Origin: the human T2T-CHM13v2.0 reference genome, Homo sapiens
Assembly (NCBI RefSeq): GCF_009914755.1
Contig: NC_060926.1
DNA length: 64,000 nucleotides
Reading direction: 5' to 3' (one strand)
A model generated the notes under the pieces. That model did not search any database, was not told the DNA's origin, and worked only from the letters and a program-made list of their open reading frames with translations. The position numbers and the translations under genes were made by a program. Below, piece by piece: positions 1-16,263 of the stretch. Position 1 is the stretch's first letter. Every line of letters begins with the position of its first letter.

Positions 1-100
1 CAGAGGGTGCAGGTGAGCCGAGATCTCACCATTGCATTCCAGACTGGGCAACAGAGTGAAACTCCATTTGAAAATAAAATAAAATAAAATAAAAATAAAA
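1..100 (+). mobile_element. Alu 3' end with (AAAAT)n tail, cut by the window edge
   Basis: gtgagccgagatctcaccattgcattccagactgggcaacagagtgaaactcc followed by an A-rich tail. Confidence 0.9.
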
Positions 101-982
101 GGCTAAACTGTTCTATAGTTATGATCAGCACCATCATCTTTAGAATGTTAATGATGGGTTACCTTTGGAAGTTAATTATTTGGAAGAAAATGATCCTATT
201 CCCCCAATTAGTTTTTTGGAAGGGTTATTTTTAAGCTTCCCCATTTTTTCTTTATATTCCTTTCCCAGTAGTCTGTAAGTCCTTCTGGGAGCTTCTAACC
301 TGTCTCAAAAGTTGACCGGCTCCAGGCGTAGTGGGGAGTGGGGAGGGCAGGGGTGCTGCAGTGCGTCCGGCGATACCTGCTTAGATGAGAGCTGAGTCAT
401 GCACAGTGCACCAGAGGGGCAAGGGCCAGCCTGGCCCTCAGCAGGTGCCCGGCATTTGAAGACACCCAGGTCATCCCACACAGGACGATGCATGTCGTGA
501 TTTCTAAGTCTTCCTTTTGGGCATCCTAAGGCCAAACCGATCCTTTAAAGACTCTGGTGGCATGCAGTGGTGGGTTCACACGCCACTGAGATAGACCGAC
601 CCTGACAGGCCGTGGGGCCTGCTTTCCATGCGGGGCCTTTGGAGATGACAGGAACAGTGGTCCCCAGGCACCCTGGCCACTCCCTCAGCTAAGCTGAGTC
701 TTCCTTTCACTGTTCTGGATGTTAGAATTCAGCAAACGCTTCTTTTTTTTTTGTAATCTTGCTGAGAAATAAAACAAAAAGCTTTAAAAACTGGTGGGCT
801 CCTTCTCCAGGCCCCTTTCTTTCTGAGGGTCCATCCCCCATGAGCCACATTGTCAGTGCCAGCCCAGTGGTTCACCTGCCAACAAGGGCAGTGTCCTGAG
901 GACATTCAGGAAACTCTGGAATCACACAAGCCGAATTCATGAACTTACACGAAGGTTTGCTGAGGATAAGATTGAGCTATTG

Positions 983-1282
983 GGCTGGGCGCGGTGGCTC
1001 ACGCCTGTAATCCCAGCACTTTGGGAGGCCGAGGCAGGCAGATCACCAGGTCAGGAGATTGAGACCATCCTGGCTAACACGGTGAAACCCCATCTCTACT
1101 AAAAATGCAAAAAGAAATTAGCCAAGCATGGTAGCGGGAGCCTGTAGTCCCAATTACTCGGGAGGCTGAGGCAGGAGCATGGCGTGAACCCGGGAGGCAG
1201 AGCTTGCAGTGAGCTGAGATCGCCACTGCACTCCAGCCTGGGCAACAGAAAGAACGAGACTCCGTCTCAAAAAAAAAAAAAA
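983..1282 (+). mobile_element. AluY-like SINE ending ~70 bp upstream of exon 10
   Basis: Full dimer with AluY diagnostics (ccatcctggctaacacgg, ggcgtgaacccgggaggcagagctt). Imperfect TSD attgagctattg / attgagatattg. Confidence 0.93.
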
Positions 1283-1350
1283 TTGAGATATTGTTGTTTC
1301 TCTAGAACTGAGCCAAGAGCTGTCCTTGCCTTGTGCATGGTATTTTCCAG

Positions 1351-1521
1351 GTGGTTTGGACCCACTAATACGAGGCCTTCTTGCAAGACCAGCCAAACTG
1401 CAGGTGCAGGATCAGCTGATGAACGAGGAGCTGACGGAAAGGCTCTTTGTGCTGTCCAATTCCAGCACCTTGGATCTGGCGTCCATCAACCTGCAGAGGG
1501 GCCGGGACCACGGGCTGCCAG
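1351..1521 (+). CDS. TPO: Thyroid peroxidase exon 10 (171 bp, peroxidase domain, symmetric phase 1-1)
   Basis: ttttccag|GT GGT TTG GAC ... CTG CCA G|gtctgc. Encodes [56 protein letters not shown], including the animal heme peroxidase motif [10 protein letters not shown] and an NSS glycosylation sequon. The 171-bp length matches the exon skipped in the TPO2 isoform. Confidence 0.98.
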
Positions 1522-2542
1522 GTCTGCCAGTTCCTTCCCTTGCACACCTCATGCAGCTGCTGCGGGATTTGCCGAGCTAGCAACCTGCTGCTAGAGAGAC
1601 TGATTTAGAGGAAAACAATCACAAATCTGAGGCCTTCTAAGCAACGGCTCTTAAAGGGCTCCAGTTCATTCAGCTAAAGTGGCCACTTCCAGCTTTTCTT
1701 AGAGATAGAAATGGCACGAAGAGGGTGGTTCTGAACCTCCCAGGAACGTATGAGCTGGGACCTTGAGAAACAGCCGCTTCTAGTAGAGGGAGGAGGGAGT
1801 GCGCGGGCAGACAATGGCAGGTCTGTGTCTGGTATCCCGGGAAGCTCCTGGGATGGCTAGAGTGCCCCCCTCCCCTTCTCCTCCCCACCACAAGGTCCCA
1901 GAGCCTGCAAAGATCATTCCGTCACATCAGGACTGCTGTTAACTAACTGGTCCAAGCTGGCCCCTGGCAGGAGTGGCTGCTCCTCTCAGGCCAGCAGCCC
2001 CCTGTGCTCCCCACACCCCACCCGGCTCCTGCCTTTCCCAGGCCCCACCCGGCAGCCTCCTCCCTGACCTGCCCAGTTTCCAACTCCCTGACCTCAGGCC
2101 CACCTCAGCCTTCCCTCCTCTGGGCTCCTAGGTGGTTCGGTTGTCTGGTCAACCTGCAGCACCTGTCTAGGCCCGATCCCCTGACACCTCCTATTCTGTG
2201 TGCAGCTCTGTTCTCTCCACGTACCCTGGGAGCTTGGGAGGTGCCCTCCTGTTGTGTGTGGGTGACATGTGAGATGGACAGTGCTGGCAAGTCCTGCCCT
2301 GCCCCGTCCCTGGGCCTTCCTCTGTCCCCTGGCCCTTCCCCCATCCCTGTCTTCCTCACCAGTGGCATCTGGAAGGGCTGGGATCAGCAGCCACACAGGC
2401 TGTGAATATCTGGGGACTAAATGTGAGTTGGGAGGATGCAGAAGGGGCCCCTATGTGTGTCAGGATAACGCACACTGTCCCCCTCACTCCCTGCACCCAA
2501 ACACAGCTGCTTTCTTGTTGCCAGAGCTCAGGGAGCACAGCC

Positions 2543-2860
2543 TACACATGCCTTCACATGCCCGGCACATACCCAGCACACACCCGCACATGCCCGGCAC
2601 ATGCCCAGCACATACCTGCACATGCCTGCACACACCTACACATGACCAGCACATGCCCACACATGACCAGCACATGCCCAGCACATACCCAGCACACACC
2701 TGCACACGCCTGCACATACCCATCACATGCCCAGCACATGCCCAGCACACGCCTGCACATGCCCAGCACATGCCTAGCACATACCCAGCACACACCCACA
2801 CATGCCCAGCACACACCCACACATGCCCAGCACACACCCACACATGCCCAGCACACACCT
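2543..2860. repeat. Degenerate CA-rich minisatellite (CACATGCCCAGCACAC-like, ~12-21-bp subunits)
   Basis: Repeated cacatgcccagcaca motifs. Confidence 0.88.
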
Positions 2861-3179
2861 TGCCTCTGGCTGGGACCCCCTTTGCTGCTGGCCCTGCTCA
2901 GGCCCCACAGCTTGATCTCATGTTCCCACTGCTGACTTCCCCAAGCTAACTGTGCCACAGAGTGGGGGACCCCCTCCCAGCTCTCACAACCCCCACCTTC
3001 CTCTGCTTCACTTTTCACCAACTGAAATATGGCCAAAGGCAAAAACCCATGTTCCCACTGGCCTGTGGGTCCCCCCATAGATCGTAAGCCCAGGAGGAAG
3101 GGCTGTGTTTCAGGGCTGTGATCACTAGCACCCAGAACCGTCGACTGGCACAGAACAGGCACTTAGGGAACCCTCACTG

Positions 3180-3223
3180 AATGAATGAATGAATGAATGA
3201 ATGAATGAATGAATGAATGAATG
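3180..3223 (+). repeat. TPOX forensic STR, (AATG)11
   Basis: 44 nt of perfect AATG in intron 10, flanked by ACTGGCACAGAACAGGCACTTAGG and TTTGGGCAAATAAACGCTGACAAGG, which I recognise as TPOX flanks. Confidence 0.96.
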
Positions 3224-3463
3224 TTTGGGCAAATAAACGCTGACAAGGACAGAAGGGCCTAGCGGGAAGGGAACAGGAGTAAGACCAGCGCACAGCCCGA
3301 CTTGTGTTCAGAAGACCTGGGATTGGACCTGAGGAGTTCAATTTTGGATGAATCTCTTAATTAACCTGTGTGGTTCCCAGTTCCTCCCCTGAGCGCCCAG
3401 GACAGTAGAGTCAACCTCACGTTTGAGCGTTGGGGACGCAAACACGAGAGTGCTTGGTGTGAG

Positions 3464-4166
3464 CACACAGGAGGAGTCACGACACAGCAGTGTAAGAGCC
3501 GCCACGAGGGTCCCACACAGGGGGAGTCACGACACAGCAGTGTAAGAGCCGCCACGAGGGTCCCACACAGGGGGAGTCACGACACAGCAGTGTAAGAGCC
3601 GCCACGAGGGTCCCACACAGGGGGAGTCACGACACAGCAGTGTAAGAGCCGCCACGAGGGTCCCACACAGGGGGAGTCACGACACAATAGTGTAAGAGCC
3701 GCCACGAGGGTCCCACACAGGAGGAGTCACGACACAGCAGTGTAAGAGCCGCCACGAGGGTCCCACACAGGGGGAGTCACGACACAGCAGTGTAAGAGCC
3801 GCCACGTGGGTCCCACACAGGGGGAGTCACGACACAGCAGTGTAAGAGCCGCCACGAGGGTCCCACACAGGGGGAGTCACGACACAGCAGTGTAAGAGCC
3901 GCCACGAGGGTCCCACACAGGGGGAGTCACGACACAGCAGTGTAAGAGCCGCCACGTGGGTCCCACACAGGGGGAGTCACGACACAGCAGTGTAAGAGCC
4001 GCCACGAGGGTCCCATACAGGGGGAGTCACGACACAGCAGTGTAAGAGCCGCCACGAGGGTCCCACACAGGGGGAGTCACGACACAGCAGTGTAAGAGCC
4101 GCCACGAGGGTCCCACACAGGGGGAGTCACGACACAGCAGTGTAAGAGCCGCCACACATGGGTCCC
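3464..4166. repeat. TPO intron 10 50-bp VNTR, 14 units
   Basis: Unit CACACAGGGGGAGTCACGACACAGCAGTGTAAGAGCCGCCACGAGGGTCC starts at 3464, 3514 ... 4114 (period 50). Confidence 0.96.
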
Positions 4167-4529
4167 TGCGGCCTGCAGTTCGAAGCCCACTGCATGTGTT
4201 AGCACTCTATACCCCAGCCACCGTAGAAGGCCGGACTGCGATCACTTTCTAAAAGATGGATCGAGAGACTGAAGCACAGACAGTTTAGGCAACTTCCCCA
4301 GGTCTGAATTCCAGCAACTGGAGGCATCGATGCACCAGAAAGGCCACAAACCTGGCAGAGGCTTCATTAGATCTGATCAGTTCGATCTGAGGATAAATCA
4401 GATAAAAGAGAAACGCTCATGTCTCAGCAAGCTGAGCTGTGATGATGATTTCCACTACGCCCTGAAATCTTTTGTTGTACTTTACGGGGAATATAAAATG
4501 TACAACCTTCCCCAAAACACTTTTTTGCT

Positions 4530-5012
<483 letters not shown>

Positions 5013-5787
5013 TTAGAGCAATAAGAAAGGAAATTACCCTTCTAACTTCGTTGTTTTTTCTTTTTGAAATTAAGATTTCCATCTCTCACAGGTATTAGAA
5101 ATGTTTTAATTATTTTGGACTACTTAAAACAGTTTGACAATGGTCTAAATTGACTATACAGAAACTTTCTCTCCTCATTTGAGAACTTTAATTTGCTCAT
5201 TATTTTGGTTTCTCACTAGTCTGAAAATAACTGCATTCTTTTAGTAAATATTTAATGAAATAACTGCTGTGTCCCCCAAGCCCTGTGGCAAGCAATGGGC
5301 GTCTGTTTTCTATATAAACCAAGTGTCTACAGGTTACCTATTCCTGGAGCTGAGAAATTTGTGGGGTATGTTTGGGATGGTCTAGGCTACAGTAGATTGG
5401 GTGATAAAGATGAAATTTTGTTGGAGGTGCTGAGATGGAGAGACACAGAGCCTCTTGACGGGGCAAAGCACTTCCCGGTGGCTTTGATGAGAGGGCTGGG
5501 ATGGCCCATCTGGAGACAGAAAACGAGAGTGGTTTCTGCAGATCACAGGGCGGCAGAGCCCACTGTGGACAGCAGGAGTCAGGCTGAGGCAGCGCAGCTT
5601 CTCACGGGGGCTCGGGGGAACCCTTGCCAGATGTGGAAGCACCAGGGCTACGGGGCCAGCCAAGGCGGGTGACTCTAGGAGCACAAGAGTCAGACACACA
5701 CTTGTTCCTCCTGAGGGTGAACCAGGGAGCCACCTGCTAAGAAATGGACTCAATGGCACCTGACAGCAGTTTTCTAAAAGCTCAGGA

Positions 5788-6275
<488 letters not shown>

Positions 6276-6826
6276 TAAACATGAGACACCAAGAGGCCCA
6301 ACCTTCTGTCCCATGAAAGCCTCACTGTCCCTGGGGGGAACCAGCCCAGTGCTCACATGTTGCTGTGCGTGTGCTTGTCCAGGACTTCTGCTGGGAGCCT
6401 GTGGTGGGCAGGGCGCTGAGAGTAGAACCAGACAGTCTTAGCTAAAGCACCACACAGGGCGGGTGGATGAGTAGAGACAGTAGCAGAGGCCCTGGGCGGC
6501 GCTCTGATCAGAACCCGTGGGAGTGAGGGTCGCCCATCCTTGAGGAGGGAGCACTTCTGGAGGAGGTGACAGCTGAACCAAGAGGAGTGGATGAGGGACG
6601 AAGGCAGATGTGAGGAGTGGGGCACAGGGAGGGGCACGAGTGTCAGGCAAAGGCGCAGCCACAGAGTCAGACCATGGACGGGGGCCTGGGCAGGGAGCAG
6701 CTGAGGCGTGGGTCAGTGAGCAGGAGGAGGAGTGAGAAGAGAGGCCAGGGATTCACCAGGGCTCCCAGGAAGAAAAGATCTCCAGTCTTCAATATGGAGA
6801 TGAGTGGCCAGACAGATAAAGATATT

Positions 6827-6865
6827 TGTGTGTGTGTGTGTGAGTGGGTGGGGGGGGGGGGGGGG
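6827..6865. repeat. (TG)8 followed by a G16 homopolymer
   Basis: tgtgtg... at 6827-6842 and a G run at 6850-6865. Confidence 0.9.
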
Positions 6866-7060
6866 TGCTGGCTTCTGTGTGTGCTCCTGATGTCATTGTG
6901 GGAGGCAAACTCTGAAGAGGATGCAGAGCTGTGTCAGTTGCCCTGTAGAGGCAAGAACTAAGTGCAGGCTGGGCAATAACAGGAATGCACTTAGATGTCA
7001 TGGACTCAGCATTCTTGCTGTCTCCAGCTCCTTTATGAACAAACCTGCAAAAAGAGCTCT

Positions 7061-7276
7061 GGCGTCCGAGCTGGAACATTCTAGCCTGGCAAACTGCCGG
7101 GCAGTGTCACAGGGTGGGACAGGACTCTGCCCGGCATCTGAGCTGGAATATCCTAGCCTGGCAAACTGCCGGGCAGTGTCACAGGGTGGGACAGGACTCT
7201 GCCGGGCGTCGGAGCTGGAATATCCTAGCCTGGCAAACTGCCGGGCAGTGTCACAGGGTGGGACAGGACTCTGCCC
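7061..7276. repeat. 72-bp tandem repeat x3
   Basis: gagctggaa starts at 7068, 7140 and 7212. Confidence 0.93.
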
Positions 7277-7310
7277 TGCTGCGCTTCCAGTCTCGGGGAC
7301 CATGGCATGA

Positions 7311-7730
<420 letters not shown>

Positions 7731-9249
7731 TAAGCCTGGTCAGGTTGTTTCTCCCACCCACAGCTTCTTTAACCTAGAACAGTGTTTTTATAACAATGAA
7801 GCAACTACGAAGCACGTAGCACTTAGAATGGGAGCTAGCACTGATTTTTCCTAGATCCAACCACACGAGCAAGCAGGCACCTAACTAAACAAATTGTGAC
7901 ACAATCGTGACAGCCCGGAGACTGCATCCCATCCCCCACGTCCCATGACAACGCCCGGGAAAGCGCAGAGGTGGACAGTGACTCAGGCGCAGACACAGGC
8001 CATGCCCGGTGCTCATGGATGCCTCTAGGCTGGACAGGACTTCCCGGCCCCCCAGACCCCACCTACAGATAGCAGATGGTTGCCGGTAGCAGAAAGCTGA
8101 GGTCCCGCTTTGCCTGCCTCATGCATGTCTGCTCCCTCCTCAAGTTCAACCTAGAATTTGGAGGTTTGTACTGGAGGGAGTCAGAGGCAGATCCTGTTCC
8201 CATCTGACTCTGAGTGCATGCCCCCCGTAGAAGCAGGTGCGCAGGATACCAGTGTTAGGATTTTGGAACAACACAGACAAAAGCAATAGGAAAATGTTTT
8301 CTTTTGCTTTTAAATACATCCCTACCTATCCAATTCTCTCTCTATTTTTGGTAGTCACTGTGCCGAGGTCAGATTTTTGTTGTAAAGGATCTGTGTTCTT
8401 CCCAGAGAGTGCACCTGCCACACGCTGGGGCTCCTGTCCTTTCCCCAGTGTGACTTTTATCTCTAATTTCTGAGATGCAGCCTTTCAAAGAGCTACGAAC
8501 ACCTGGGTAGAAATCACCAGGAGAACTTGTCTCCCTTATAGCTGTGTCTTCAGCAAACGTGCGGTTTGGAATTCTCTGGGACATGGGAAGCCACTCGCTC
8601 AGAAGGGGGAAGATTTCACCAGCTTGCCCCATACGTGTGTCTCCCATGCGTGTTTTATGCCACCTGTGGCTGAAGCGCCATCTGAAATCAGTGCAGAGGC
8701 AGCTGGCAGGTTCCTAGGGTGGTGCCCCCAATTTCTCATCCTATGTATTTATGACCACATATCTCCCCAATGCAAAAATGGGATCAATTAACTTACGTAT
8801 AGTGGGGCCTCTTTTTCATGTTCTAAGAGGAATTCATCCCTGTGATGGGAAGCAGAAGAGTTTTACGTGGCAGGGGAGATGCACATGGGAGATGCATGCT
8901 TTACGGCATTCAGGCCAGGAGCTATTGGGGCTTTGGCAACTATTTTCATATTTTGAGAGGAAAGTGGAACTTCATTTCTTCACATTGCAATTTTCCTGAT
9001 TAATCATGGCCTGGAGGAAGAAGCTGAAGGTAGAGAGACTGTGCAGGGCACGTTGACTTCAGAATAGGAGCACCCTCTAAAATAGCTGGATTTGCTGTCA
9101 TCATTCTTGTTTTTAACACAGCAATACACCCCAGATAACAGCAATGCAGCAAAATAGATGCTCATAGTCAACAAGCAAAGTGGCTCTGAGCCCCTCTTCT
9201 GAGGCCGCTCGTTCAGACAGCCAGGTGCACGCTGTGCTGCCCCTCCACA

Positions 9250-10036
<787 letters not shown>

Positions 10037-10133
10037 TGACCACAGCAGGGCTCCCCGGCCCTGGCACCAGCCCCTCCAGGGCACAAGCGCACCCGTGACA
10101 GGGACGTTGGTGTGTGGTTTTCTTTTCTCGTAG

Positions 10134-10355
<222 letters not shown>

Positions 10356-11474
10356 TGACAATTACAAAACATCTGAATGTTTCCGATATAAGTTAACAAT
10401 GCAATGTCATTGAAAATTTCTTCGCCAAAAGGTGCTTCTGAAACTGTTATCTTCCCAGGAGCAATTTGGGGATAGAAAGCAAGGGCTCTCCCCTTGGCTG
10501 GCCATGTTCCCAGCTGGCCTTTTTCTAGGTAGTGAGGCCTCAGGACAGGCACGTGGAATCGTGACCAATGGGGTCACCGGTGAGGGAAGAGAGAGGGGAG
10601 TCCGTGAGTTCCAGGCAAAGTTGTGGTGAACTCGCAGGGGCGCTTTCTCAAAGGGAACACAGCAGCAAACGTCTCCACTCCAGGAACCCATAGAGTAAGG
10701 CTCGCCTCCACCTCCACCTCCTACAGGTGGCTGATTCCCAAGCCCATGCCTGGTCCTCCTCCAGCCACTGGGTTCCACTCCCAGCCTCCCGCATGTTTAG
10801 GTGTGGACAAGTGTGGCTTCCTGGCGGTAATTTGAGAGCAGGATGGGGAGGCACCTTTCAGGCCGCAAGGCAAGACAGCCGTGGGCCACTTCCACCTGCT
10901 CCTCCCATGTGCTGGCTTGAGCGGGTGTCAGCCCAGGGCACCTGGGAGCAGGTGTGCTGGACAACAGAGCCTCCCGGGGGGAGAGCCGTGTACTGGGGTT
11001 CCTCTGCGGGGAACAGCAGAATGAGAGTCCCCATCTGACTGTTCTGAGGCAGAGCCCTCTGGGTGCGACTCCTGAGGCTGGGGCTTCCTGTCAGAGCAGC
11101 TTGCGTCCTCCAACTACTTCAGAACTGCCCTGCCACAAAACCTGGACCGCTGGTTCTGGTCTCATGGGACAGTGGCGTCAGGGCAGGCAGGAGCAGGAAT
11201 GGCTGCTGTTCTGGGAGGAAGGCTGCTCAGATGACACTCACCAGCAATCTTTAGAAGGCCAACCAGCTGCCTTCAGGGACTGCATTTTAGGAGAGGAAAG
11301 TTGGCATCAGACTCACAGTCTCCTGTGAGCTACGTGCTATGAGCTGCACTTACCTAGACCGCAGAAGAAAGAGATGGTCTCGTGCAAGAATCTGGCTGGT
11401 TTGCAAGCAGAAATACAAGCAAAGTCCACAGTTTTCAGTTTTCTCAGAGTTTTCAGAAGATGAAAGAGTCCTGG

Positions 11475-11587
11475 AGCCAGTGCTTTGGGAGACCCAGGTG
11501 AGAGAATCCTCTGAGGCCAGGAGTTCAAGACCAGCCTGAGAAAAATAGTGAAACCCCATCTACCAAAAAAAAAAAAAAAAAAAAAAA
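11475..11587 (+). mobile_element. FLAM/Alu left-monomer fragment with poly-A
   Basis: tgctttgggaga...gaggccaggagttcaagaccagcctg...gtgaaaccccatctac followed by an A run. Confidence 0.8.
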
Positions 11588-11599
11588 GTGGCTGGGAGG

Positions 11600-11715
11600 G
11601 GGATGGTGTGATAAGTTGCACAAGGTCAGTGTGCTCAATGCCAGTGAACTGTACATTTAAAAATGGCAGAGGTGGTAAAGTTTACATTATGTATAATTCA
11701 GCACAATAACAAAAT
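11600..11715 (+). mobile_element. Old L1M (L1MB/ME-type) 3' end fragment
   Basis: ttgcacaa...gtgctcaatgccagtgaactgtacatttaaaaatgg...tttacattatgtataattcagcacaataa, resembling an L1M 3' terminus. Confidence 0.7.
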
Positions 11716-12785
11716 TTCCATTTCAATTTTGAAAGTCCAAAATGTTTCTCCTTGAAGGGTTGCAGTGGTCAACTGCTTCCAGACCCTCAGTCATAAAGGG
11801 AGAGGCTGAGACCCTGTGTGCACCAGAGACCCACCAGGACTCAGTGCTGTGGCAGGGGTCAGGTAGGGGTGCGGCTCCCGCCAAGTCTGTGGTCTCAGGT
11901 GCCCTCCCGGGAGCCACCTTCCCATTAGAAGAGGAGAGAAGGGATGAGGAGAGGAAGAAACAAAGCTGGCCTGGGGAACGGTGCCTCGGAAATAACTTTC
12001 AAACTCACTAACGGCACAAGGAGCTGCCTGGGCATGGATAGGGCAGAGGCCTGCTACATAGGTGAGGGGGTGTCATCACTGGAAACCAGCAGCCTGGGCT
12101 GGAAACCCTCTGTTTAAACTGTTAATTGCACAATGCCAGATTTGCAGACGTGCTCCCCTGCTGCATTTTGGGATTGGTCATGAATGACAGTGTACAAGGA
12201 GATCACCCAGAGATTACAGTGCCCCACAGAACAGCAGACCAGGATGTTTCTCCCAGAGAACTTTCCAGAAGCCTCGGTGATAGAAACACAACTACTCTGT
12301 CGGGTGATGACATCTGTGTAAACTCGTGGTTGCTGTTAACACTATTGCATGACTCCTGACCATAGGCTCTGCCACTGACCCTTCAGTGACAAAAGGGTCA
12401 CGAATCGCAAGGTTTTCCTGTTCCCTTGGCTTAGAGACTGCACAAACTTGAAACGGCCACTTCACCCACGATTCCTGGTTTTCCGTGTTGGCATTACAGT
12501 TAAGGAATTGATGGCAGGTGCTTCAGGGTATAGCATGTTGCGTGTTCTACGTTAACAAGTCTTCCTATGGTGCACTTCACTGTACACCTGCGTCTCTCCT
12601 TGCCCAAATACCCAGACGTTTCACGTGTCCATTTTAGCTTCATTTTAAGTATGAATGACCCCAAAGTGCTACTCACAGGCATCTTCAAGGTGCAAATAAA
12701 AGATGGGTGAGACCTTAGAGTGGATCAGGAAGGGAGACTGCTGGAGTCCTACAACCTGCCTGTGTGGAGCTGCCCCCTGTGCGCG

Positions 12786-12844
12786 TGCCCTCTGACCTTC
12801 CGCCTGCCCTCTGACCTTCCACCTGCCCTCTGACCTTCCGCCTG
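12786..12844. repeat. 19-bp tandem repeat x3
   Basis: tgccctctgaccttcc[ga]cc three times. Confidence 0.9.
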
Positions 12845-13106
12845 GGACGTTGCTCATCTGTCTCCTAAGTGAGGAATGCTCCTTCAGCCTCCTGTAGACC
12901 ATCCTATGCCATCAAAATCACTCTTCTGTTCTTGAAATTTTTTCATTTATCTTCCTTGATTTTTAGTCCAACAATTAACAGCTGTCTGAAGTTAAGATCC
13001 ATTGTAAGAAGGACTATTTCTGAACCAGTCTGGGTGCTCCCCAGGGTGCAGGGGCCTGTCTCGGCATGGTGCGTGCACAGCAGCCAGTGCTCCTGGTGGG
13101 CTCCCT

Positions 13107-13248
13107 GGCTGCAGCAACATCACCAAGGAGCTTATCACACCTGCGGCGTCTGGGGCCACCACAATCCCTGAGTCAGGGCTGCAGCAACAACATCACCAAG
13201 GAGCTTATTACACCTGTGGTGTCTGGGGCACCACAATCCCTGCGTCAG
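13107..13248. repeat. ~70-bp tandem duplication
   Basis: ggctgcagcaacatcaccaaggagcttat...cacaatccctg.gtcag twice. Confidence 0.88.
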
Positions 13249-14259
13249 AATCCACACTCTTCACAAGACCCCATGAGACTGTGTATATGAAGGTCTGAGA
13301 CACCCATCGGCCAACCCTAACTCATCCTGTCTTCTCTCTCTAGTTCACTAACTTGGGCCCAACTTCATGTTCTCCTGCCACAGACATTTCCGTAGCCATT
13401 TAATCTGTCTCCCAAATTGCTGAGCCTCTGTGTGCCTCCACGGTTTCAAATGTGAAATGAGGACAGGAATAAGGCATTGATTTAAATTAGTTATAAATGC
13501 ACAGTACAAAGAGCGGGGTGCAGGCCTGTTGATATTAACACTGTGAGTGCTCAGGAGCCGTGTTCTGAATGCTGGGACAGCCACACCCAGAACAATTACA
13601 CTACACAGTTAGCAGGGCGTCTGTTGACTTGGAAGAGTGTTGGTGACATGTCACTCAATAAGCATGTAAGCTACACAGCAATGTGTACATTGGGAATCTG
13701 TTCGGGTTTTTTTTAAAGCAGTGGGCCACAGGCACACACATCACTTTGATGAGTGTCCTCCCGAATGTGAGGGGAGCGCTAGGCTCTGCTCCAGAACCTG
13801 TTAATACTGGAGACCTCGGCAGCCTGAGATGGGGACAGGTAGGAGAGATTGCTAACCTTCATCAATACAACTCTTTTTTTTGTTTGTTTTATCATATCTG
13901 TAATTAAAATATATCTTAGAGATAAATGACAAAACTCCAAAATCTGGTACAAATGCGTGTGCACAGATATTTTTACTACAGCTGTTCCCTGCACTAGAAG
14001 TTTCAAAATCGAGAATCACAAGGGAAAAAACTCAAGTATAACAGACAGGAAACTTTACGTTTATGGTAAATTGATAAGAATATAAGCACTCAAGGAGATC
14101 CTCAGTGAAACCTCATCAACACATCTGCGGCTACAGAAAGGAAGGCTACGGGCTTAACTGAATATTTGATACAGAAAAACAAATAGTATTCGCTGCTCTC
14201 TTCTCTATTCAAATTCTACTTATTCACTCAAACTCATTCACATAAAAACTTGATATTAA

Positions 14260-14639
<380 letters not shown>

Positions 14640-15086
14640 TCAGTGGCTTTTTCCATGAGTTATTGTCAGGAGGTTATGCAGTAAACGAATATACATAAAT
14701 GCTTTGTGCATATTATGGAAAATACAGTTCGCAACCAGTACTAATTTACTTAGAGAAATGGAAACATCTGTGCACTCACTGCATGTGGAGACTGGACACC
14801 ACAGCCATCTGCGCACTCACTGCGCGTGGAGATGTGTGGACACCACGGCCACTCTTCTTGAAACTCAAGGCGAAGCAGTCAGAGAGCAGAGCCTCGGCCT
14901 CCATGCAGGTCACCCTGGTATCTGGGGACACTGCGGCTGAGGCTGGTTTCCTCCTCTGTCGGGAGCGCTGCTCTTCAGACAAGGCCGATTTGTCCCCCTC
15001 CTTCCTGTCCATCCTGGGAAGGAGACCTACACAGCGCTGGCCCCTGACTCGGCCTTCTGCTTAGAAGAAACTGACCGTGGGTGGAG

Positions 15087-15514
15087 CGTTGTGGGCCAAA
15101 CTGTGCCCCCAAAAAGCTATGCTCAAGTTCTAGCCCCGTGTACCTCTGCATGTGGCCTGATGAAGAAGCAAGGCCTTTGCAGGTGCCGTCGAGTTAAAGT
15201 GAGGCTGTCGGGTGCATCCTGCTCCAATGTGCAGTGCCCTCATAGGAAGCAGAGACAAGACACAGACGGGACCCTGTGAAGACCCAGGATGGAAATAAAG
15301 CTTCTGCCAGGCATGGGCCCCCCAGGACCCACCAGGAGCCAGGGCATGCAGGAAGGACGCCCCCCGACTCCCGAGAGCCTGCTGAAGGAGCACCACCCGG
15401 CCGACACCCTGATTTCAGACCTGTGACCTCTAGAACTCTTGGAGGATGCATTTCTGTTGCTTGGAGCCATCCACTTTGTGATGATTTTTCCCAGCAGCCA
15501 CAGGGAACTCATAA
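15087..15514 (+). mobile_element. MLT1-family (MaLR) solo LTR
   Basis: MLT1 hallmarks: ...tgtgcccccaaaa.gctatgctcaagttcta, gacaccctgatttcagac...ctagaact, tttctgttgcttggagccatccactttgtg...cagcagccacagggaactcata. Confidence 0.75.
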
Positions 15515-15970
15515 GGATGAGTCTGAACTGCAGGGATGGGGTGAGGAGAGGGGGCAGAAGCTGCTCCAAGGGAACTCCCCGAGAGGGATGCAGGGATGTG
15601 TTGGCAGCTGCCATTCCCATTCTGAGGACCCCATTGCACATCCCAGGGGATGGAGAGAAAATGGGCTTGTAGCGTTCATGGGTGATGACTTTGATTTTTC
15701 ACACGATCATGATGGAAACACTCCCTACCCCAGAGGCGGCTGCAGATGCCTTCACACAGCTCTGGTGCTCCACAGCTCTGCATAACGGGATGCAGGAGGG
15801 GCTGGTTCCAGGGGCAGCTTTAGCCAAGAAAGACCTTCTAGGTTTAACAGCCTTGACATGGTTACCTGTACATGAAACACTTTAATAGCTGCTGCTAGAT
15901 AGAGACAATTAACAGCCGATAGTCAATAGCTCCAATCCCTTGAAACTTCTTGACCCTTTTCTTATACTTC

Positions 15971-16263
15971 TTTTTATTTTTTTGAGACAGAGTCTCACTC
16001 CGTCACCCAGGCTGGAGTGCAGTGCCGCAATCTCTGCTCACTGCAACCTCCGCTTCCTGAGCTCAAGTGATTCTCCTGCCTCAGCCTCCTGAGTAGCTGG
16101 GATTACAGGCACCCACCACTGCACCCAGCTCATTTTTGTATTTTTAGTGGAGATGGGATTTCACCATGTTGGCCAGGCTGGGCTCAAACTCCTGACCTCA
16201 GGTGATCTACCCACCTCAGCCTCCCAAAGTGCTGGGATTACAGGCATGAGCCACCGGACCCGA
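15971..16263 (-). mobile_element. AluS (Sx/Sz-like) SINE
   Basis: Reverse-complement Alu; TSD-like ttcttatact on both sides. Confidence 0.92.

Noticed and set aside
2269-3162. His/Thr/Cys-rich ORFs of 124-226 aa
   Set aside because: They are translations of the CA-rich repeat, open on both strands.
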